Positions 37,639 through 52,730 of a stretch of DNA of 64,000 nucleotides are shown here, piece by piece. The stretch covers positions 1,054,001-1,118,000 of the forward strand of contig JBNJNM010000013.1 of NCBI GenBank assembly GCA_052426225.1. The letters run 5' to 3'. The notes below the pieces were generated by a model. The model did no database searches. It had not been told where the DNA came from and was given only the letters and a program-made list of their open reading frames with translations. Source of the DNA: Zancudomyces culisetae HAW-14-8. Its lineage: Eukaryota; Fungi; Kickxellomycota. The translations under genes and the position numbers were made by a program. The stretch's first letter is position 1; the number at the start of each line of letters is the position of its first letter.

Positions 37639-39165
37639 ATGGTTGACTTTAAAGGTCTTTTAAGAAGATTGGGGAGAAGAAAGAACATCGATCTCATTGT
37701 TCAGCAGAGCGCAGCAAGTGAGATGAAAAAGATCCTTGGTCCAGTTGATCTGGTATTCATCGGTATTGGATGTATCATCGGAACAGGTATCTTTGTGCTC
37801 ACTGGTGTTGCTGCTAAACAAAATGCAGGACCAGGTATTGTTATTTCATTCATAATCGCAGCAGTCGTATCCGCTCTTTCCGCTTTTTCATACTCTGAAC
37901 TTGCATGTATGGTACCTATTTCTGGTTCTGCATACAGTTATACCGTTGCAACAATGGGAGAACTAATGGGATGGATTGTTGGTTGGGATCTATTGCTCGA
38001 ATACCTTGTTGGTGCATCCACAGTCGCTGTAGGATGGTCAAGTTATATGGTTCTCTTCTTCAAAGATGTGTTTGGTGTTACTTTGGACACAAAAACAACA
38101 GGCTCACCAATAGTGTATTCAAATGGAAATTTTAGCATTCAAAAGGATGCCTACATCAACATCCCTGCCATGGGTATCATCACTGTCATTACAATTATCC
38201 TGCTTGTTGGAATCAGAGAATCAAGTGCAGTCAATAACGTTTTAGTTGTCATCAAGGTTATTGTAATTTTTATATTTATTTTTGGAGCCGCCCGATTCGT
38301 CGATACCAAAAACTACAAGCCATTTGTTCCTGCTCGTGTAGAAGGCAAATATGGTATTTCAGGTGTTATTAAGGGTGCCCAAAGAGTATTCTTCGCATAT
38401 ATCGGATTCGACGCCGTCTCAACTGCAGCACAAGAAGCTAAAAACCCACAAAGAGACATGCCAATTGGTATTCTGGTATCTCTTTTTGTTTGTACTGTAC
38501 TCTACATCGCTGTATCTGTTGTGCTTACCGGAATTGTCCCATACTACGCTATCGATGAGAAAGCGCCAATTGCGAATGCACTTTTAGGATTTAGTGGAAC
38601 AAAATGGATGAGAATTTGTATTTCAGTCGGAGCAATGGCCGGATTGACATCAGTTATCCTAATTCTTCTATTGAGTCAACCGCGCGTATTTATGGCCATG
38701 GCAAGTGATGGACTTCTTCCACCTGTATTCGCCAGACTGCATCCAAGATTCAAGACCCCATTCTACCCCACCCTGGTTTGTGGATGTTTGTGTTTTGTTC
38801 TTTCTGGATTTTTGCCAGTAGATTTTCTTGGAGACATGACATCAGTTGGAACATTGCTTGCTTTCTTCACAGTGAACGTTGGTGTAATAGTTTTGCGATT
38901 TACTGACCCTCACAGGAAGCGTATCTTTAAAGTTCCATTTGGGCCATACGTGTTTCCACCACTTGGAGCTATCATTTCAATCACATTGATCGGGTTTTCA
39001 GGGGCTGATACAATTTATCGTTTGTTAGGATGGTTGGTGCTTGGATTGATTATCTACTTCTGCTATGGATTCCGTCGCTCCAAGATTGGAGAAGGTAATG
39101 AAGAGTATTATGTTGAGCATGGTGGAGATAGCAAGGTGTATGGTGCTAAGAAGATGGATGCTTAA
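37639..39165 (+). CDS. APC-superfamily amino-acid permease, cationic amino acid transporter (CAT/SLC7-like; bacterial YfnA-like), copy 1, intronless
   Basis: LGPVDLVFIGIGCIIGTGIFVLTG, YSELACMVPISGSAYSY, FFAYIGFDAVSTAAQEAKNPQRDMPIGIL; many TM helices. ATG at 37639. Confidence 0.93.
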   Translation: MVDFKGLLRRLGRRKNIDLIVQQSAASEMKKILGPVDLVFIGIGCIIGTGIFVLTGVAAKQNAGPGIVISFIIAAVVSALSAFSYSELACMVPISGSAYSYTVATMGELMGWIVGWDLLLEYLVGASTVAVGWSSYMVLFFKDVFGVTLDTKTTGSPIVYSNGNFSIQKDAYINIPAMGIITVITIILLVGIRESSAVNNVLVVIKVIVIFIFIFGAARFVDTKNYKPFVPARVEGKYGISGVIKGAQRVFFAYIGFDAVSTAAQEAKNPQRDMPIGILVSLFVCTVLYIAVSVVLTGIVPYYAIDEKAPIANALLGFSGTKWMRICISVGAMAGLTSVILILLLSQPRVFMAMASDGLLPPVFARLHPRFKTPFYPTLVCGCLCFVLSGFLPVDFLGDMTSVGTLLAFFTVNVGVIVLRFTDPHRKRIFKVPFGPYVFPPLGAIISITLIGFSGADTIYRLLGWLVLGLIIYFCYGFRRSKIGEGNEEYYVEHGGDSKVYGAKKMDA

Positions 39166-40647
39166 CTGAGTATCATCTAAGTACTAGTTTTCATTAAAGT
39201 CTTTCAATAGCAACCCAGTATTAATAAGTTACTAATTTAATTTAATATTTTCAATAAACTTCATCTATTGTTAAAAAATGTACCTCTGAACTGATTTAAT
39301 TATTATGATATATTTTTGCTGTTTACACCAGATACCTGGGCTTTGCATGTGAGGATACTTTGATGCAAGAAAAGCATCATAAGCTTTGGTCGTTTGATGT
39401 TGTAGATTTGTAAAGAGGTTCCAGCATGGAATAGTTTATTTTCGGCTGTACTCTTTGTGTACTGACTCCACTGAACCGATAATGAAGTAAAGAAAGGGCT
39501 AGTTGTCCGCATAACAATGTATTTGCTGGAATGTTAACATATATGACTTTAAGTTCATTTCACATTTTTGAACAGGATAATTCTTATGGCTTTGATGCTA
39601 AGCCAGTCGATTATAATGATGGCTTATCATTTTTCTGATGATGTACATAAAATCCACTAATATGCTGAAATGAGCTATTTGATTGGGCATCATCATTTGT
39701 CAATATTTTCAACTTATTGAATCATATTTATTCCGCAAATACTTTGGGCTAAGCGCCAAACACAAAAGAGAATTCAGAATAATGTGTTACGTAATAAATA
39801 TTATTAGCGCGTGTTAGAAAAAAAAGATGTTAATGACAGTATCGCTTACAGTTGTTGAGAGTGCTGAACAACCACGCATTGCTGAAAAGCTCTGTTATTA
39901 CCATTTAAAAAGAAACAGGCCATAACACTATATCATAAATAAACCATGTTGATGTTGCAAAGAGTGCACAACGAAACTTATACAGCTTTAAAACATCCCA
40001 TTTCAAGAGAGTAGTTTACTTATCAATCGAATCTTAGATTGTCATATTTGAACATTTCTATAATCAAAACTCACCAATTACTATTAGTCGCATCATGTTA
40101 GTTTCACCCTGTGGTTTGATGTTGGGTTTAGCTAAGATACTTGAGTCGTTTTTCTGTAATAACAAAGATTTTTAATTCTATTATAATATTTACCATCAAA
40201 TAAAACATTACACTAAAATTATATTGTCTATTACCCAATGAATTCATGCTGCAAAATACTTTTGATGAAATGTAGTAATATCAAACTACCTCTTTGATAA
40301 TAAATCCCCGAGTAAACCGTTAATGTGGTAAAGTAATTATAAATCATTGACTTAGTGGCGTTCTGTTTAATGTTGCCAAAAACAAATTAACTTTTATCAA
40401 ATAATAAGCAATAAAAATAGTATATAATTTATTTTTTTACAAATCTAAAAAAAAGAAAGAAAGCTGCACATATTGTAAAGAGAATTAGATAAGAACTGGC
40501 AAACAAAACCCAACCTAATGCCTAACGTATGTTCTGATCAGAAAAATTTTTTCCCATTAAAGGGAGAGTTTTTCGTTGTTGAAAATGGTGATTTATCAAT
40601 TTAATCTAAACTACTTGTAATATACACATTAATACAAGAACAATAAT

Positions 40648-42162
40648 ATGGCTACATTCAGAGATTTTCTACGAAGATTGGGGAGAAGAAAGAACATTGA
40701 TGCCCTTGTGCAACAGAGCGCAACAAGTGAGATGAAAAAGATCCTTGGTCCAGTTGATCTGGTATTCATCGGTATTGGATGTATCATCGGAACAGGTATC
40801 TTTGTGCTCACTGGTGTTGCCGCTAAACAAAATGCAGGACCAGGTATTGTTCTTTCATTCATAATTGCAGCAGTCGTATCCGCTCTTTCCGCTTTTTCAT
40901 ACTCTGAACTTGCATGTATGGTACCTATTTCTGGTTCTGCATACAGTTACGCTGTTGCAACAATGGGAGAACTAATGGGATGGATTGTTGGTTGGGATCT
41001 ATTGCTCGAATACCTTGTTGGTGCATCCACAGTCGCTGTAGGATGGTCAAGTTATATGGTTGCCTTTTTTAAAGACGTATTTGATGTTACCTTGGACACA
41101 AAAACAACAGAATCGCCAATAGTGTATTCAAATGGAAATTTTAGCATTCAAAAGGATGCCTACATCAACATACCTGCAATTCTTAGTGTGGTGGTAATAA
41201 CCGCTGTTCTTCTTTTGGGAATTAGGGAATCAGCTATGGTTAACAACGTATTGGTGGTGGTTAAAGTTGTTATCATCTTGATATTTATTTTTGGAGCCGC
41301 CCGATTCGTCGATACCAAAAACTACAAGCCATTTGTCCCTGCTCGTGTAGAAGGCAAATATGGTGTTTCAGGTGTTATTAAGGGTGCCCAAAGAGTATTC
41401 TTCGCATATATCGGATTCGACGCCGTCTCAACTGCAGCACAAGAAGCTAAAAACCCACAAAGAGACATGCCAATTGGTATTCTGGTATCTCTTTTTGTTT
41501 GTACTGTACTCTACATCGCTGTATCTGTTGTGCTTACCGGAATTGTCCCATACTACGCTATCGATGAGAAAGCGCCAATTGCGAATGCACTTTTAGGATT
41601 TAGTGGAACAAAATGGATGAGAATTTGTATTTCAGTCGGAGCAATGGCCGGATTGACATCAGTTATCCTAATTCTTCTATTGAGTCAGCCACGTATCCTA
41701 ATGACTATGGCGAATGATGGACTTCTTCCACCTGTATTCGCCAGACTGCATCCAAGATTCAAGACCCCATTCTACCCCACCCTGCTTTGCGGATCCTTGT
41801 GTGTTGTTCTTTCTGGATTTTTGCCAGTAGATTTTCTTGGAGACATGACATCAGTTGGAACATTGCTTGCTTTCTTCACAGTGAACGTTGGTGTAATAGT
41901 TTTGCGATTTACTGACCCTCACAGGAAGCGTATCTTTAAAGTTCCATTTGGGCCATACGTGTTTCCACCACTTGGAGCTATCATTTCAATCACATTGATC
42001 GGGTTTTCAGGGGCTGATACAATTTATCGTTTGTTAGGATGGTTAGGTCTTGGATTGATTATCTACTTCTGCTATGGATTCCGTCACTCCAAGATTGGTG
42101 AAGACAATGTTGAAGACTATTATGCTGAACAAGAAAATAAAAATGAATTTTCATCCTCTTAG
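40648..42162 (+). CDS. APC/CAT-like amino-acid permease, tandem copy 2, intronless
   Basis: Paralogue of 37639-39165 at offset +3009 bp with the same motifs. Confidence 0.93.
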   Translation: MATFRDFLRRLGRRKNIDALVQQSATSEMKKILGPVDLVFIGIGCIIGTGIFVLTGVAAKQNAGPGIVLSFIIAAVVSALSAFSYSELACMVPISGSAYSYAVATMGELMGWIVGWDLLLEYLVGASTVAVGWSSYMVAFFKDVFDVTLDTKTTESPIVYSNGNFSIQKDAYINIPAILSVVVITAVLLLGIRESAMVNNVLVVVKVVIILIFIFGAARFVDTKNYKPFVPARVEGKYGVSGVIKGAQRVFFAYIGFDAVSTAAQEAKNPQRDMPIGILVSLFVCTVLYIAVSVVLTGIVPYYAIDEKAPIANALLGFSGTKWMRICISVGAMAGLTSVILILLLSQPRILMTMANDGLLPPVFARLHPRFKTPFYPTLLCGSLCVVLSGFLPVDFLGDMTSVGTLLAFFTVNVGVIVLRFTDPHRKRIFKVPFGPYVFPPLGAIISITLIGFSGADTIYRLLGWLGLGLIIYFCYGFRHSKIGEDNVEDYYAEQENKNEFSSS

Positions 42163-45100
42163 GATTTAGATTGAGGTTACGGCCACTTGTTTTTTTTTTC
42201 ATAAAAGCACTCCATCTTATTATTGGTATTTATTCTTTTATTCTACTTTATACTTAAGTTTTATAAGCATAAGTAAAATATATAATGTAATAAACAAATT
42301 TACAGCTTAATTCAAGCGTATCTGTTCTATGTCATGTTGATTTGCTAATGTTCAGATCGTTACCTCGATTCTTATATACTATTGTTGTATTCCTTCTTCA
42401 TTCTCATTAATAGCTGTGAGATGATTCTATAACCTCAATTTCTTCAAGTTGTTTGTGAAGTGGTGAAAATGTGAAAAACCCAAAATCGTTTGATTTGCTA
42501 AAAAAAAAGAGCTTAAAGCAAAGTTACTGGAAAAGCCAAATATTTCCAATAGGCAAAAAGTTAGAAAGGCGCGAAACAAAGAGCACAAGAAATACTTTAA
42601 TTCAATAGTCGTGCTTTGAACTTGTGTTCTTGACATAACTTTTGTACTTATTAGTTCATTTGGAACCCTTTCAGTTGTTTATAACCATAAAAATGAGGTA
42701 TTTTTCAAATATCTATCTTATAGTCATAAAATAACGAAACACTGTTTTACCCCCCCCTCCATCTTGAGTAATACTCAATCGATTTACTTATGCGAATAAC
42801 CATATGAAAAAAATGAATAGAGAGTCCCGGGATAGTTCTGGATTCGATGCAGAATACGAATTTCAGCTGGAAGAAATTCCTTTTAGTAGAGCCAGAGAGC
42901 TACGAGCGAATAGAACACCAGAGGTGACCGTAACTTCTTTGGCAACCTGGTTCGCTTCTGGGCCTATTCAAAGAGCTAAGTATAAGGATTTTACATCGAT
43001 AGGTACAGTTGTTTTTTTTTTGACTACTATTATAGTAAATTTTACTTGCTTAATTTAACGATTAAACCACCAAGGAAGAGCTTAGAGCTTTTTTTGGGGG
43101 GGGGGAGGGGAGAAGGGAGGGAGGGATAAGAAAAATAACGTGCCGATTTGGAAATATTACCCTACAGCCACATTTGTAAAAAAAAAACAATACCTTATTT
43201 TTTTAAAATACTAGATTGGATATTCGATAATCACAAAGCGCGTATGAGAAAAGCCAGAATCAAGAAGCAAGCGAAAGAACTACTTGGAAAGCTAAAATTC
43301 TACTATTTCTGCTCACAAACATGGATAGTTGTCGTGACAATAGGTAAATTCGCATTCGAAAACACTCAATTCTGATATAACATACTAGTGTCTTTTAGTG
43401 TTTTTGTATATCTCTTTTTACTTCCACTTCTTTTATTGTGAGTATGATAAAAGAAAAAGAAGAGAAACTTTTGCACAAGAACAATTTGAACCAGGGGAAA
43501 TGTAATCATATGTATAATTATCAACAATTATAGGTTTTATGGTGGGTGTTATTGCCACCTGCGTTTCCATATCCACACAATGGCTTATAGATTTGAGGGA
43601 TGGGTACTGCAAGACGGGGTTTTATTTAAATCAGAAATTCTGTTGTTGGAAGACCGAAGGTACGAAAAAGATAGAGTATCAACTTTAGTTTGAAGTATTT
43701 AGAGGGGGGGGGTGCTTATATATAGATGTACACGTGATAAATAGGCATAAGTAAAACTGATAAATGAAATATGGGAATATATGCTTGAAAATAGATTTTT
43801 GTGAGGATTGGTCGAGCTGGAGCGAAGCGATAGGGCTGAAGTGGTGGGTTGGCGAGAAATTTTTGAAACTGGTGGTATATCTAAGTGATTCAGTAAGTTA
43901 TTATTATATTTGCATATATCATATATTGGCACTAGGAGGAGAAGAAGAGAAGAGAGATAGAGATAGAGATAGAGAGAGAGTGTGTGTGTGTTTGCTCAAA
44001 CAAGAATGTGGTTAGGTGTATATTTTATTGTAATAATAATTACAAAAATGGTATTACTACATGCTTAGGTGTTATTTTCAGGTATATCAACATTTTTGGT
44101 GACGTACTATGCACCATACGCAGCAGGTCAAGGGATGGCGGAGCTAAAAACAATAATGAGTGGGTTTGTGATGAGGGCCTTTTTGGGGTATCAAACGCTA
44201 ATAATAAAGAGTGTAGGAATAGCACTTTCAGTTGCTAGTGGGTTAAGTGTAGGTAAAGAGATGGCATTTGTTCACATTGCAGCATGTTGTGGAGAGCTAC
44301 TTTGTGGGCTTTTTGATAATATCAGACAAAATGAAGCTCTTAAAAGAGAGATTCTATCAGCATCAACAGCGGCAGGCATATCAGTGGCGTTTGGAGCGCC
44401 GATTGCGGGAGTTTTGTTTAGTTTTGAAGTGGTGTCGTATTATTTCCCCCCACGGACGATGTGGAGCAGCTTTTTCTGTGCGGCGGTAGCGGCAATGACG
44501 CTAAAGGTAACAGAATAAGATTATATATATATATATATGTATGTATATAACTGATAATGATAGTTGGTGTGTATTTTTGATGGTAAAAGGTAAACTGGTG
44601 TAGTGAAAATTAACAGGTGAAAAAACGAAATAAAACGAATAGTATTTTGATCCGTATCGAAATGGGAAGCTAGTGCCATTCCAAAACGTGCACGAAAGAA
44701 CGTGGCTATCATTTGAGTTTTTGTTTTTCATGTTACTAGGAGTCATGGGGGTAAGTAGTCTTTTTTTTTCATTTTTGAGATTTTCATTTAGAAGTTGATA
44801 CTTGTATTAATATCGATATACTAATTTAAAAGTTTCTTTGGAGAGAGAGAGGGAGAGAGAGAGAGAGAGAAGAAATTAGATTTTATAAAGAATGAATTAT
44901 AAAATAGGGAGTTGTTGGAGCACTGATAGTAAAGATAGACAAGAAAATGGTAGAGTATAGACAAAATACGATCCTACATAAATTTGTGAGGGGGGAAGTG
45001 GTGGCAGTGGCGTTTATTACGGCCATTGTATGCCATATTAATCCATTTGCAAAGTAAGTATACAGTAAATATAGAAATTTTTATATATAAAAGAGTGTGT

Positions 45101-46398
45101 ATGTAGTAAACAAGTATATATGCGATTAATATGAATGGATGAATAGGGCGGATGCAGTTACGCTAGTGTCGAATTTGTTTACAGAATGTTTGGTGACTGA
45201 TACGTCAGGGTTATGCGAGTAAGTTTAGGGATAGTAATATAGTATATAAAACGAATATCTGCTAAAAATATAAAAAAAAGCTAACAAGAGTTAATCAGAA
45301 ACAGATCATCGATTAATTGAGTTCTAAAAAAAATAAAAAATGATATAGCTATAACAAGATAGGAACCAATATAACATCATTGTTGTTATCATTTTTTTTG
45401 AGGATAATATTTACATCGGTTTCATGTGGTTTGGCGGTTCCTACAGGGGTATTCTTACCAACGATGGCAATTGGAGCTAGTATTGGCAGAGCACTTGGGT
45501 TAGGTATAGAACACATGCATAGGTAAGAAAAAAGAGAGGGGTATATGATTGAAATTAAATTGATTAAATTGATACATGTAAAAGACAAGACAAAAACAAA
45601 AATAAAAACAAAAACAAAATAGGACGCATCCAGAATGGTTAATATTCCAAAGTTGTAGTGCAGAGGTGAGATGCATAACACCAGCAGTATACGCGCTAGT
45701 AGGGGCAGCAGCAGTTCTTTCAGGAACAACAAGGATGAGTATGACAGTAGTGGTGATAATGTTTGAGGTGACAGGGGCGCTAGTATATGTCCTTCCGTTG
45801 ATGGTAGCAGTGACAATCAGCAAATGGGTCGCAAGCTATATTGAACGCGAAGGAATATTTGAGAGCGCAATAGAAATGCATAAATATCCATTTTTGGCCA
45901 AAGAGAAAAAGTATAGGGTGAGTGGAACAGCAAAGGGGATAATGACGGCAGTACATGAACTGGTGTTTATAGACGGGAGCAAACAAACTTTGGAAAGAAT
46001 AGAGCGGATGGTTGGGGGACGTGACATTGGAGGAAGCGATGGACGGTATTATCAAGGATATCCAGTGGTGAAGGACACAGAGGGGATGGAGATATTGGGG
46101 TATATTAACAGTAAGGATCTGAGGCTTGGAGTGGAGACGAGTGAACGAAACATTCGGGAAATAGCAGAGGTGGACAAACGAATAAAATGCTATTTTGGCA
46201 GTGAAGAGTCAGGTGGCAACGAGCAAATGTATTTGGATTTTAGGCCATATATGGATACGAGTCCAATCACAGTATACCCAGACACACAGAATGAGTTGGT
46301 GATAGATATATTTAGGGGATTGGGCGTGCGATATGTATTGGTGGCAAAGCATCAAGAGTTGATGGGAATCATTACCAAGAAGGACGTGTTGCGACTGA

Positions 46399-50802
<4,404 letters not shown>

Positions 50803-51483
50803 CTAGTTCACTCTTTCGCTGTCCACTTGAGCCCTGACTGCTGTTTTTATCGTTATATTTATTATTTTTAGTTTGCAGTTTTAAAGTTTTTTCTTTACTT
50901 TAAATTAAGTATATATGATCAACAACTCCCCTCTGTAAACTAAAAATACTATACTAGACAGACCTCAATCAAAATGTTCAACATTGTATTTTCCATTTCA
51001 CTGCATTTATTCACATATTTGTTTATTTATTTTTTTGTTTGTTTTTTTGTTGATTTAGTCCATTTTATTCTTCCCCACCAATTTCACTGCCAATCAACCA
51101 TACAGAAAGAATACCAAATTAAACCTCTAGTTCTCTATTCGCTGATCCTGTTTACAACTAAGCAATCACTGATTTTTTGAACCCATTTTCAGTCTTACTC
51201 TGTTTTCCACCTTCCTCTACAACAATCGTATCTCATTGATTATAGATCAAATAAACTAAGAAAGTTGCTCTCGCTCTTTATCAAGTGTGTAGCATACGTT
51301 GTTTCCTTTCTTTTCCTTTCTTTTGTTTTGTTTTGTTTTGTTTTGTTTCGGTAAATACCTTCTTCAGTGCCAGCTGAATCGTATCTATGCCTTCTTCAAA
51401 TATAGAATTTGTTGGAATCCAATGGTTTAGCTTAAGCTCCTCCCCCAAAAAAAGTCTATAGCATCTATATTTGTATTCCTTTC

Positions 51484-51510
51484 CACACACACACACACAC
51501 ACACACACAC
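51484..51510. repeat. (CA)n microsatellite
   Basis: Read directly. Confidence 0.9.
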
Positions 51511-51665
51511 ATTCAGTATCTAGTACTATGCATTTTTATTTTATTTTCTTGAGCGTTTATATTCTCCTAGACACTTTCATAAACTCATGGAAAACATATC
51601 AAGTAAATCACGCATACATAACCAAATTACAAACAAAATAAATGCAAAAAAAAAAACAAGTAAAA

Positions 51666-52730
51666 TCAGTCCCAAACTAGCCGACCATTGTGCAAATGCG
51701 CACCCGATGGTGCACCGTTCGCTTTTGCACTTGTACCTCTGGAACTAGATCCGCGAGTCTCCTTAAATTGCTCCTGAACTCTTAGATTAGTCAGGTCCTT
51801 CATATGTTTTTCACGCCTTTGTTTTTGCTGCTCCTCCAATGCCTCTTTTGCCTCCTTGACTCTGTTTGACCGCCTTAGATTTTCTCTCGCCTTTTTGGTC
51901 AAAGTAGTCGATTCTTTGTGTTTTGTATCCTTTCTAGATGAGCTGGGTTTCTTAATCCTTTCTGTGGTATCTGGTATTAGTCTGAGAACAGCAAATCCGT
52001 TATTACTACTTTTGGCATCTTCTAAGGTTTCCTCTGGTCTGAGCGTATCCCATTTTGAGGATTTGGTTACATTCTGTACTTTCTTACTTTTATCCCGCGA
52101 ACTTCCCGGTTTTGTACTCGCTAAAATCCAGTCTCCACCGGTATCTTTCCCTGCCTCCTTTGGATTTTCTACTGGCGCTACGTCATTATGATCTGCTTCA
52201 GTATTGGTCAGCTCAAGCCTTTTCTTTGCACTTTTTTTCTTCTTTTTGGTTTTTTTTACGCTCTGCTCGAGATCATGAGTATGTAACTCCACAGAAGCAG
52301 TTTCTTTTGGATCATTCTCGCTGGTAACACCAACATCATTTTTATTTGCCAAGGCCTTCTTTCCATTCTTTTTTGATGTCTTATTGACACTTTTTGCGGC
52401 TCCCATCTCATACTCCTCTTGATTATCTGAAGCCCCCTCTTTTTTGGTGGCTTTGTCGCCATTTTTCGTGTTTTTGACATTCCCTGGCGCTTCTTTCACC
52501 TTACCTTTGGTACTCGAGCTCTTTGCTCGCTTTTTGGCAGATTTTGCTTCCCGTGTTTTACTAACTTTACTATTTTTTAGTTCTATATCCCTTTGATGCT
52601 CCTCATTTTTCAAGCTCTCAGTTTTTTTGTCAGTTTTTTTGCCTGAAAAATAAAGGGTAATCGCCGAACCACAAATAAATGCTAGGAGCAAAGTCAAGGC
52701 CTGGGAATTACCTATCAGTCCAGAGTCCAT
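51666..52730 (-). CDS. Uncharacterised Lys-rich protein with N-terminal TM/signal anchor and C-terminal coiled coil
   Basis: 354-aa ATG ORF. LTLLLAFICGSAITLYF anchor, charged low-complexity body, and LTKKARENLRRSNRVKEAKEALEEQQKQRREKH helix. Confidence 0.7.
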   Translation of the reverse strand: MDSGLIGNSQALTLLLAFICGSAITLYFSGKKTDKKTESLKNEEHQRDIELKNSKVSKTREAKSAKKRAKSSSTKGKVKEAPGNVKNTKNGDKATKKEGASDNQEEYEMGAAKSVNKTSKKNGKKALANKNDVGVTSENDPKETASVELHTHDLEQSVKKTKKKKKSAKKRLELTNTEADHNDVAPVENPKEAGKDTGGDWILASTKPGSSRDKSKKVQNVTKSSKWDTLRPEETLEDAKSSNNGFAVLRLIPDTTERIKKPSSSRKDTKHKESTTLTKKARENLRRSNRVKEAKEALEEQQKQRREKHMKDLTNLRVQEQFKETRGSSSRGTSAKANGAPSGAHLHNGRLVWD

